Part shown: positions 24,888-33,250 of the stretch, in pieces | Position numbering within the stretch: position 1 is the first letter of the stretch | Layout of the letters: every line of letters begins with the position of its first letter | From: an uncultured Rikenellaceae bacterium | GTDB taxonomy: Bacteria > Bacteroidota > Bacteroidia > Bacteroidales > VadinHA17 | Assembly (NCBI GenBank): GCA_964515985.1 | Contig: CAZEWS010000005.1 | Span: 1-33,250 of the forward strand | Length of the DNA: 33,250 nucleotides | Direction: 5' to 3' | Position numbers and translations under genes: made by a program | Notes under the pieces: generated by a model | Databases searched by the model: none | What the model was told of the DNA's origin: nothing | Seen by the model: only the letters and a program-made list of their open reading frames with translations

Positions 24888-27410
24888 CTATTCTTTTTCC
24901 TGTTTTTCTTTCTGCTTCTTAATAGAGATGGCTATTTCATCTTTTTTCTTATCCAACCCCACAGAAATCACATCGCCTTCTGTCATCGAAGCTTTTATAA
25001 TCACCTCAGCCATCGGGTCTTCGAGGTATTTTTGCAGTGCCCGTTTGAGAGGCCTTGCCCCGAATTGGATATCATAACCCTTTTCTGAAATGAAGTCTTT
25101 AGCAGGATCTGAAATTTTTAACTCGTAACCAAGGTTTGTTACCCTGTCATATAGTCCCTTCAATTCAATATCAATAATCTTGTGGATATCCTGCCGTTTT
25201 AGGGAATTAAATATTACTACATCGTCAATCCGGTTCAGGAATTCCGGTGCAAATGTTTTTTTCAGTGCTTTTTGTATAATACTTTTGGTAAGTTCATCCC
25301 TGGTTTCTTTCCTCGAATCCGTCTCAAAACCAATGCCATGTCCAAAATCCTTAAGTTGTCGTGAACCGATGTTTGAGGTCATGATCAAAATTGTATTCCT
25401 AAAATCAACCCTTCTTCCCAGGCTATCGGTCAATTGCCCTTCATCCAAAACCTGAAGAAGAATATGAAAAATGTCAGGATGAGCTTTCTCGATCTCATCA
25501 AGCAAAACAACAGCGTAGGGTCTGCGTCTTACCTTCTCCGTGAGTTGTCCACCTTCTTCATACCCAATATATCCGGGAGGAGCTCCTACAAGCCGCGATA
25601 CTGAAAACTTCTCCATATATTCACTCATATCAATCCTGATCAGGTTTTCAGTGCTTTCAAAAAGGTATTCGGCAAGAATTTTTGCAAGCTGGGTTTTTCC
25701 AACACCGGTAGGACCCAGGAAAATAAAGGTGCCAATGGGTTTATTCGGATCTTTTAATCCCGCACGGTTACGCTGAATGGATTTTACAATCTTGGTGATA
25801 GCTTCGCTCTGGCCAATTACACTCTCCTGAAGTTCTTCCTTCATTTTCAACAACCGTGTTCCTTCAGCCTGTGCAATACGCTGAACAGGAACTCCTGTCA
25901 TCATAGCAACCACTTCAGCCACTTTCTCTTCGTCAACGGTTTCCCTGTTTTTAGACAATTCCTTTTCCCATTTTTTCTTCTCTTCTTCAAGTAGTTCAAT
26001 ATATTCCTTTTCCCTGTCACGATAACTGGCTGCTTTCTCAAAATTTTGATTCTTTACAGCCATAATCTTTTCCTTTTTTGTCTCCTCAAGTTTCTTCTCC
26101 AGTTCAAGGATCCTCTCAGGAACAACTATATTGGAAATATGAACGCGGGATCCTGATTCATCCAATGCGTCAATGGCCTTATCGGGAAGATGCCGGTCAC
26201 TTATATACCGGTTGGTAAGCTTAACACAAGCATTAAGGGCTTCATCCGTATAAGTGACATTATGATGATCTTCATATCGTTCCTTGATGTTCTGCAGAAT
26301 GTTTATGGTCTCATCTACGGTGGTGGGTTCAACCATTACTTTCTGAAAACGGCGTTCCAAAGCACCGTCTTTCTCAATATGTTGGCGGTATTCATCAAGA
26401 GTTGTTGCACCGATGCATTGTATATCACCCCTTGCAAGAGCAGGTTTTAGCATATTGGCAGCATCAAGCGATCCGGTTGCGCCACCGGCACCCACAATGG
26501 TGTGTATTTCATCAATAAACAATATGATCTTGTCGTTCTTGGCCAGCTCATTTAAAATTGCTTTCATTCTTTCTTCGAACTGTCCGCGGTATTTTGTGCC
26601 TGCAACAATAGAAGCCAGATCAAGCGTAACAACCCGTTTTCCGAACAATACACGTGACACTTTACGCGAGATAATTCTCAGGGCTAACCCTTCAACAATT
26701 GCTGATTTACCAACTCCCGGATCACCGATAAGAATGGGATTATTCTTCTTCCTTCTGCTCAAAATTTGAGCCAGTCGCTCAATTTCTGTCTTCCGGCCAA
26801 CAATTGGATCGAGTTGGTCTTCTTCTGCAGCTTTGGTCAAATCAATGCCAAAATTATCCAATACCGGAGTTTCCGATGCAGACTTTGATGTTGGCTGTGA
26901 ACTTCCTTTACTACCACCAAACCCCTTGGATTCTTCCTCTTCCTCCTCACTTGGAAAATCAGCCCTTATATCGGGAATACTTTCTTCCAACTCAGACCTT
27001 ACCATTTGATAGTTTATGTGTAATTCTTCCAACTTCCTGGTAACCAATGAGTTCTCATCTTTCAGGAGAGCCAGTAAAAGATGACCTGTATCAATGGTAG
27101 ATTGGCTGAGAGATTTTGCCTCAAGATAGACAAGCTTTAAAATCCGTTCCGACTGTTTAAGCAAAGGTATGTTTTCAATATCAGTTAGATCATCGGGGTT
27201 TTCAGACTTAATGCTCCCCTCAATCATTCTTTTCAGATCGTTCAGATCAGCACCCAATGAAACCAAAACATCAATAGCCAGTCCTTCTCCTTCCCTGATA
27301 ATCCCTAAAAACAAATGCTCGGGACCAATATATTTATTACCCAGCCTGATGGCTTCTTCCTTGCTATAGCTCAGAACATCTTTTATCTTTTGTGAAAATT
27401 TTGCATCCAT
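24888..27410 (-). CDS. clpC: ATP-dependent Clp protease ATP-binding subunit ClpC (class I AAA+ with Clp_N repeats and a UVR-like middle region)
   Basis: 840 aa. Walker A motifs GDPGVGKSAIVEGLA and GPTGVGKTQLAK. N-terminal Clp_N repeats. Confidence 0.9.
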   Translation of the reverse strand: MDAKFSQKIKDVLSYSKEEAIRLGNKYIGPEHLFLGIIREGEGLAIDVLVSLGADLNDLKRMIEGSIKSENPDDLTDIENIPLLKQSERILKLVYLEAKSLSQSTIDTGHLLLALLKDENSLVTRKLEELHINYQMVRSELEESIPDIRADFPSEEEEEESKGFGGSKGSSQPTSKSASETPVLDNFGIDLTKAAEEDQLDPIVGRKTEIERLAQILSRRKKNNPILIGDPGVGKSAIVEGLALRIISRKVSRVLFGKRVVTLDLASIVAGTKYRGQFEERMKAILNELAKNDKIILFIDEIHTIVGAGGATGSLDAANMLKPALARGDIQCIGATTLDEYRQHIEKDGALERRFQKVMVEPTTVDETINILQNIKERYEDHHNVTYTDEALNACVKLTNRYISDRHLPDKAIDALDESGSRVHISNIVVPERILELEKKLEETKKEKIMAVKNQNFEKAASYRDREKEYIELLEEEKKKWEKELSKNRETVDEEKVAEVVAMMTGVPVQRIAQAEGTRLLKMKEELQESVIGQSEAITKIVKSIQRNRAGLKDPNKPIGTFIFLGPTGVGKTQLAKILAEYLFESTENLIRIDMSEYMEKFSVSRLVGAPPGYIGYEEGGQLTEKVRRRPYAVVLLDEIEKAHPDIFHILLQVLDEGQLTDSLGRRVDFRNTILIMTSNIGSRQLKDFGHGIGFETDSRKETRDELTKSIIQKALKKTFAPEFLNRIDDVVIFNSLKRQDIHKIIDIELKGLYDRVTNLGYELKISDPAKDFISEKGYDIQFGARPLKRALQKYLEDPMAEVIIKASMTEGDVISVGLDKKKDEIAISIKKQKEKQEKE

Positions 27411-27720
27411 AATAAAAAAGATGGTATACTATTTGTTAACTTGTGGATTGTTAAATTACTGAAATTAAATGTTTTAAGCCTCACTTTTCTTGTTTTTCAA
27501 ATGCCCGGTAGTAACACCCCATTTAATTTGAATATTTTACCCCCTGAATTTAACGATCCGATTCCAAATTAATTGCAAAGTTAGTAATCAATTATAAACA
27601 TACAAGTGTTGATAATTAAGGCTCTGAATCACCTGTTAATACATAATAAATAGCTATTTTCGCAGTTTAGGATCCGGAGAGTAAGGAGAACATTATCTGT
27701 TAGAAAAATTTAATATCAAA

Positions 27721-30225
27721 ATGCCTGAAAACGAGAAGATTATAAAGATCAACATTGAGGAGGAAATGAAATCTGCATATATCGATTATTCTATGTCGGT
27801 TATCGTTTCCAGGGCTTTACCTGATGTTCGCGATGGATTGAAGCCCGTTCACCGGAGAGTTTTATATGGCATGTCGGAATTGGGAACCCTGTCAAACAAA
27901 GCATATAAAAAGTGTGCCAGGATAGTAGGGGAGGTGTTGGGGAAATACCATCCCCATGGTGATTCTTCGGTATATGAAGCCATGGTCAGAATGGCACAAA
28001 ACTGGTCGCTTCGATACCCTTTAGTTGATGGTCAGGGAAACTTTGGTTCAGTCGACGGAGATAGTCCTGCAGCTATGCGGTATACCGAAGCACGATTGAA
28101 AAAAATTGCGGAAGAAACCCTTTCAGACCTTGATAAAAACACAGTCGATTTTCAACTCAATTTTGACGACACACTGACAGAACCCACCGTTCTGCCGACA
28201 AGAATACCCACATTACTCGTTAACGGAGCATCCGGAATCGCGGTAGGAATGGCTACCAATATGGCACCGCACAATTTAACGGAGGTAATCGATGCCATTA
28301 TAGCTTATATTGAAAACAAGGATATCGAAACAAGTGAACTGCTTAATTATGTAAAAGGACCGGATTTTCCTACAGGAGGCATTATATACGGCTACCAGGG
28401 TATCAGGGATGCATATGAAACGGGGAGAGGCAGAATTGTAATGCGTGCAAAGACCAATATTGAAATCACACCTTCGGGCAGGGAAAAAATTATTGTCACC
28501 GAAATCCCGTACATGGTAAATAAAGCTGAATTAATCCGTAAAACAGCCGACCTGATCAACGAAAAGAAGATTGAAGGGATCTCTTATATCAACGATGAAT
28601 CGGACCGTACGGGAATGCGTATCGTAATCATCCTTAAAAAAGATGCTACATCCAACATTGTTCTGAATAATTTGTATAAATATACCCAGCTTCAATCCAC
28701 TTTTGCCGTTAACAATATAGCCCTGGTTAATGGAAGACCTAAAGTCTTGACACTTAAATTGTTAATCAGCTATTTCGTAAAGCATCGCCATGAAATTGTT
28801 TTAAGGAGAACCCGGTTTGAAATGGAACAGGCAAAAAAACGGGCACATATCCTTGAAGGATTGTTAACTGCACTCGATCACCTGGACGAGGTCATCCAGC
28901 TTATCCGTTCTTCAAAGACTCCGGAAGAAGCAAAAAACGGACTCATGGAAAACTTCGATCTGACCGAAGTGCAAGCAAAGGCAATTCTGGACCTTCGCTT
29001 ACAGAAGTTAACCGGGCTTGAGAGGGAAAAAATCAGGGAGGAATATGAAGAACTGAAAAAACTGATCGAACATCTGAGCCAGATACTTCTTGATGAAAAC
29101 CTCCAAATGAACATTATTAGGGAAGAATTATTTGAAATTAAGGAGAAATATGGTGATAACAGAAGAACCGAACTTGTTCCTGATGAAGGAGAGTTTAATC
29201 CGGAAGACTTCTATGCCGATGAAGATGTTGTAATCACCATTTCGCATCTGGGATATATAAAACGTACACCGCTTACTGAATTTCGCCGCCAAAGCAGGGG
29301 AGGTGTCGGTGCAAGGGGTGGAACAACCCGGGATGAGGATTTCCTTGAACACCTTTACATTGCCTCAATGCATAATACTATGCTGTTTTTCACCGAAAGA
29401 GGTAAGTGTTACTGGTTAAAGGTCTACCGGATTCCTGAAGGGACAAAATATTCCAAAGGAAGAGCTATCCAGAATGTGATAAACCTGGAACCCGAAGATA
29501 ATTTAAAAGCATATATAAACGTTAAAAAACTTGACGATCAGGAATACGTGAATAATAACTTTATCGTTCTTTGCACCAAAAAAGGAGTTATTAAAAAGAC
29601 TTCCTTAGAAGCATATTCCCGCCCAAGGCAAAACGGTATCAATGCCATCACTGTAAGGGAAGGAGACCAGTTACTCGAGGCAAAGATGACTAATGGCAAT
29701 CATGAAATACTTCTGGCTGTAAGATCCGGGAGAGCCATCCGGTTTTCCGAAAAAAAGGTCCGGCCCATGGGCAGAACAGCTTCAGGAGTCAGGGGAATTG
29801 TTCTTTCCGGTGAACAGGACGAAGTCGTTGGAATGGTTTGTGTTGAAAATGAAAGCGAAAATATCCTTGTGGTTTCGGAAAATGGATTTGGCAAGCGATC
29901 AAAAATAGAAGATTACAGGATCACAAACCGGGGTGGGAAAGGCGTGAAAACCATAAATGTTACCGAAAAAACCGGTAGTCTCATTGCCATTAAGGGAGTA
30001 ATTGATACCGATGACCTGATGATCATTACCAAATTGGGCCTGACGATCCGTATGCCGGTGGCTGATATGAGAATTATGGGCAGGGCAACCCAGGGTGTAA
30101 AGCTGATCAATCTTAAGGAAGACGATTCCATTGCATCGGTTGCCTATGTTGAAGTGAATAATAATGAAGAAAATGGAAATGGACATGAAAACGGGGATGT
30201 CATTGAACAGAATGATTCCAAATAA
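27721..30225 (+). CDS. gyrA: DNA gyrase subunit A
   Basis: 834 aa. [12 protein letters not shown], catalytic-Tyr motif [11 protein letters not shown]-terminal beta-pinwheel repeats and an acidic tail. Confidence 0.97.
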   Translation: MPENEKIIKINIEEEMKSAYIDYSMSVIVSRALPDVRDGLKPVHRRVLYGMSELGTLSNKAYKKCARIVGEVLGKYHPHGDSSVYEAMVRMAQNWSLRYPLVDGQGNFGSVDGDSPAAMRYTEARLKKIAEETLSDLDKNTVDFQLNFDDTLTEPTVLPTRIPTLLVNGASGIAVGMATNMAPHNLTEVIDAIIAYIENKDIETSELLNYVKGPDFPTGGIIYGYQGIRDAYETGRGRIVMRAKTNIEITPSGREKIIVTEIPYMVNKAELIRKTADLINEKKIEGISYINDESDRTGMRIVIILKKDATSNIVLNNLYKYTQLQSTFAVNNIALVNGRPKVLTLKLLISYFVKHRHEIVLRRTRFEMEQAKKRAHILEGLLTALDHLDEVIQLIRSSKTPEEAKNGLMENFDLTEVQAKAILDLRLQKLTGLEREKIREEYEELKKLIEHLSQILLDENLQMNIIREELFEIKEKYGDNRRTELVPDEGEFNPEDFYADEDVVITISHLGYIKRTPLTEFRRQSRGGVGARGGTTRDEDFLEHLYIASMHNTMLFFTERGKCYWLKVYRIPEGTKYSKGRAIQNVINLEPEDNLKAYINVKKLDDQEYVNNNFIVLCTKKGVIKKTSLEAYSRPRQNGINAITVREGDQLLEAKMTNGNHEILLAVRSGRAIRFSEKKVRPMGRTASGVRGIVLSGEQDEVVGMVCVENESENILVVSENGFGKRSKIEDYRITNRGGKGVKTINVTEKTGSLIAIKGVIDTDDLMIITKLGLTIRMPVADMRIMGRATQGVKLINLKEDDSIASVAYVEVNNNEENGNGHENGDVIEQNDSK

Positions 30226-30311
30226 GGTTAAATTGGCAAAGTATTTGAACATTTGTATTTAAAAAAATAGTATTTTTGAAAAACTATTAATAAACTTTAA
30301 ATCATATACAT

Positions 30312-31739
30312 ATGAAACGAATAACAATTTTAATCATGCTTTTGGTTGAGTTTTCCCCGGTTTTTGCACAAAAAGGCAAGGTGACCAGTGCATTGAACTA
30401 CATTACAGCCGGAAATCTGGAGAAAGCAAAGGAGGCGATCGAACAGGCGATAACCCATGAGAAATCAAAAGACTGGGCTAAAACATATTATGCAAAAGGA
30501 AGAGTTCTCCAGGCTGTTGCCGAATCAAAGGATCCGAACACCATGAAATTATACGAAGATCCTTTACCAGAGGCATTTAAGGAATATCAAAAGGCCATTG
30601 AACTGGACGAAAAAGGGAAGATGGAGAAACTTGTAACCCTTCAGTACCCATTATTATCAAACGATTTTATCCAGCTTGGGATTGAAATGTTCCAGGCAGG
30701 TAAACATAAGGAGGCCATGGAAGCCTTTGAATACTCACTCGAAATCGGAAAAACACCTATGTTTGGTGGAACTGTTGATACCAATGTTGTATTTAATGCC
30801 GGACTTTCAGCTTTCAATGCAAAAATATGGGACAAGGCTATCGTCTACTTTACACAGGCAAAAGATCTGGAATATGATGATCCGAACCTTTATCCACTGA
30901 TGAAAGAGGCTTACATGGAATCAGGTGACACATTAAGCGCTGTTAAATGCCTGCAGGAAGGTTTTGAAAAACATCCTGAAAATGAAGCGGTAATTATTAA
31001 TCTGATCAATTATTACATTGAATCAGGCGCTAATGAAGAAGCCCTTGAGTACCTTAATTTTGCAATAGAAACTGATCCTGATAACTATTCTTATTATTTC
31101 GGTATGGGTCTTGCATATGAAAAGATGGATAGTATAGACGATGCCATAAAATCCTATAAAAAATCGATTGAACTCAAGGATGATTATTTTAATACCTATT
31201 ACAATCTCGGAGCATTATATTTTAACCGGGGTGTTAAACTGATCGAGATCGCCAATGAAATTATGGACAATGAGGAATATATGAAAGCTAAGGCAAAAGC
31301 GGATGCCGAATTTGAAAAAGCATTGCCATATATGGAAAAAGGGCATGAAGTCAACCCGGAGGATGTTTCAACCATGGAAACCCTGAAGATATTATACTAT
31401 CGTATGAAAATGATGGACAAACATGAAGCAATGACAAAAAAAATAGAAGTATCCCAACAGGCTGGGGAAGTAAAATATGAGGTAAATTGCTCTCCTGGTG
31501 GATTTAGTGTGACTTATCAAAATAGTCAAGGTGGGACTGAACAAAGAACTGTTTCATCTGGTAGTTGGTCAACTTCATATTCTCATTACTTGAGTAATTT
31601 TGTCTATTTATCTGCCCAAGCAGATAATGAAAATTCCTCAATAAATGTAAAAATTTATTATAACGGAAAAGTTTTCAAGGAGTCTTCAAGTTCGGGTGAT
31701 TATGTAATTGCTGAAGCATCCGGGTCTTTGAAAAATTAG
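30312..31739 (+). CDS. Secreted TPR-repeat protein with an extra beta-rich C-terminal domain
   Basis: 475 aa. Signal peptide, multiple TPR units (..AYEKMDSIDDAIKSYKKSIELKDDY..), then about 90 aa EVKYEVNCSPGGFSVTYQN..INVKIYYNGKVF. Confidence 0.8.
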   Translation: MKRITILIMLLVEFSPVFAQKGKVTSALNYITAGNLEKAKEAIEQAITHEKSKDWAKTYYAKGRVLQAVAESKDPNTMKLYEDPLPEAFKEYQKAIELDEKGKMEKLVTLQYPLLSNDFIQLGIEMFQAGKHKEAMEAFEYSLEIGKTPMFGGTVDTNVVFNAGLSAFNAKIWDKAIVYFTQAKDLEYDDPNLYPLMKEAYMESGDTLSAVKCLQEGFEKHPENEAVIINLINYYIESGANEEALEYLNFAIETDPDNYSYYFGMGLAYEKMDSIDDAIKSYKKSIELKDDYFNTYYNLGALYFNRGVKLIEIANEIMDNEEYMKAKAKADAEFEKALPYMEKGHEVNPEDVSTMETLKILYYRMKMMDKHEAMTKKIEVSQQAGEVKYEVNCSPGGFSVTYQNSQGGTEQRTVSSGSWSTSYSHYLSNFVYLSAQADNENSSINVKIYYNGKVFKESSSSGDYVIAEASGSLKN

Positions 31740-31979
31740 AAATAAATAAGACATAAACATAGGGGAGGCATTTTTTTGAACCCTTTAAATGCTTCGCTTT
31801 ATTTTTACATCCTCTATTTAACATAATATATATTATAGGACAAACACACGAGAATTTGCGATCACCGCGTGATTAACATAATTTCAGATACTTATTTTAA
31901 TTCTCTCACATTTGAATATTTGCCAATTCTTGCATAATATATTTAAATACCTTGCTTATTTCAGATTATTTTAAACATC

Positions 31980-33250
31980 TTAATATTTTCCAATAATTTT
32001 TATTTTTCTTGTTCTGGATGATACAGGAATATGTAACTCCCGGCTAAATTCTGATGTATCTTCTTTATATTTAGTCCATTTACCGTTTACAAGTACAATA
32101 AATTTACTACTTGCTTTTTTTAATCCGCAATCCATAATTGTTCTCGGAATAGAAACAGATAGAATATCCTTTTTTATATTTTCTGTTTTTATTATTAAAC
32201 ACGGTGATTTACTAAATCGTAATAAGGAGAATCTCTTTCTAATCAGAATCTCTTTAAAGTCAGCAGCATTTTTTGAAATATTTATTCCTTTTGAAAATGA
32301 ATTAAAACCACTAATCAATTTATCAAACTTAATTTGACCAGATATATATGCATTAATATGATTTTGTAATGTAGGATAAATAATTTTCATTTCCTCAAGG
32401 CATATTGTACATGGATAAGGCTCATCTTTATAAGGTATTTCAATTTCAGTAATTAGTCTACGTTGAATCAGGAATTGAACTACAGATATTATTTTCTTAT
32501 CATCAATTCCTTCCCAAAAATTTACTGCATGAAAATCTTTTTTATGAACACAAGCATTTCCTGGAACACCAATATCATTTGCTTGATCAGGGTTGTAATT
32601 CAATGGACAATTATCTTCAGCATTAACAATTGAATCACCATCTGCATCTGTAATTCCAGCAAAACAACCATAAGTCAAACATGGTTCAACAAGAAAGGAA
32701 CTAGGATCACTTGAATCCATAACCCAGTATCCACTTGTCTTCGGAATATCATAATCTGTGTCTGATTCATCATCCTCACAAGGAGGTAAGCTACATTCAA
32801 CGCAAATAACGTTTACAGGTAGTTCATAAAAATAAATTACCGGCATATTCAAATGTTCTTCAGGATTTTTATTGATTATATAGTTGTTCTCTAAAATTGG
32901 AGGTACGGGATTTGTTATTTCTTCAAGTATATAAACCTTAACCATTCCCGTGTATGAAAAACAATTTGGTATTGATATTGTATAAATCTCTTCAGTCCAG
33001 GTTATTCCTGTAGGTTCAAGTTCACCGTCTATAACATAATGAAATATTATATTTTCCGGTGTGCCATCTATTTGACCATCTCTTAGTAATTCTTGTATTG
33101 ATATATGGCCGACTTCCAGATCAAAATACTCATTACCAGATGAGTGCTCACAATATTCTGAAACATTATCTGTTTCAACAGTTACATATATTGCATATTT
33201 TTGTGAAATCTCCTGATGGTTAATTAAACTTACTGTTATCGCAGCTGCTC
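31980..33250 (-). CDS. Cys-rich hypothetical protein with a thrombospondin type-3-like Ca-binding repeat; probably 5'-partial (frame open to the window edge)
   Basis: The track ORF is 31980..32945 (321 aa). By hand translation, the same frame stays open for about 100 further codons to 33250 with no stop and no upstream ATG. Motif DADGDSIVNAEDNCPLNYNPDQAND. AT-rich region. Confidence 0.6.
   Translation of the reverse strand, partial: AAAITVSLINHQEISQKYAIYVTVETDNVSEYCEHSSGNEYFDLEVGHISIQELLRDGQIDGTPENIIFHYVIDGELEPTGITWTEEIYTISIPNCFSYTGMVKVYILEEITNPVPPILENNYIINKNPEEHLNMPVIYFYELPVNVICVECSLPPCEDDESDTDYDIPKTSGYWVMDSSDPSSFLVEPCLTYGCFAGITDADGDSIVNAEDNCPLNYNPDQANDIGVPGNACVHKKDFHAVNFWEGIDDKKIISVVQFLIQRRLITEIEIPYKDEPYPCTICLEEMKIIYPTLQNHINAYISGQIKFDKLISGFNSFSKGINISKNAADFKEILIRKRFSLLRFSKSPCLIIKTENIKKDILSVSIPRTIMDCGLKKASSKFIVLVNGKWTKYKEDTSEFSRELHIPVSSRTRKIKIIGKY

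Overview
This window looks like a Bacteroidota chromosome. The evidence is the rpmB-rpmG-DUF4295-ftsY cluster, a -33 TTTG / -7 TAnnTTTG promoter, and tightly packed operons with ATGA/TAATG overlaps. About 30 genes are supported. Housekeeping genes are mnmE, sucD, fabG, a YbaK-like deacylase, an M48 protease, cinA, rpmB, rpmG, ftsY, rimO, clpC, gyrA, tRNA-Thr(CGT) and tRNA-Gly(CCC). There is also a five-gene heterodisulfide-reductase-like (HdrC/B/A + ferredoxin + membrane HdrDE-like) operon, sitting directly downstream of a NarL/HisKA_3 two-component pair. The most interesting locus is a translationally coupled minus-strand operon at 161-3504. It encodes an RnlA/LsoA-like HEPN RNase (two TBP-like domains plus an Rx4H HEPN domain) that is split into two ORFs by a 1-nt frameshift in a T6 run. 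It continues with an RNase HIII homolog and a TPR protein carrying a C-terminal cold-shock-like OB domain. I read this as a candidate undescribed toxin-antitoxin or anti-phage module. Almost every long intergenic region carries members of a dispersed family of short hairpin or 'word' repeats, including one 27-nt exact repeat 3.5 kb apart. The last ~1.8 kb is visibly AT-richer and ends in an ORF that runs off the window. Coordinates taken from the ORF track are exact. Coordinates I derived by hand (RNAs, repeats, hairpins) may be off by 1-2 nt. No searches or computations were run, so all family assignments come from motif recognition by eye.
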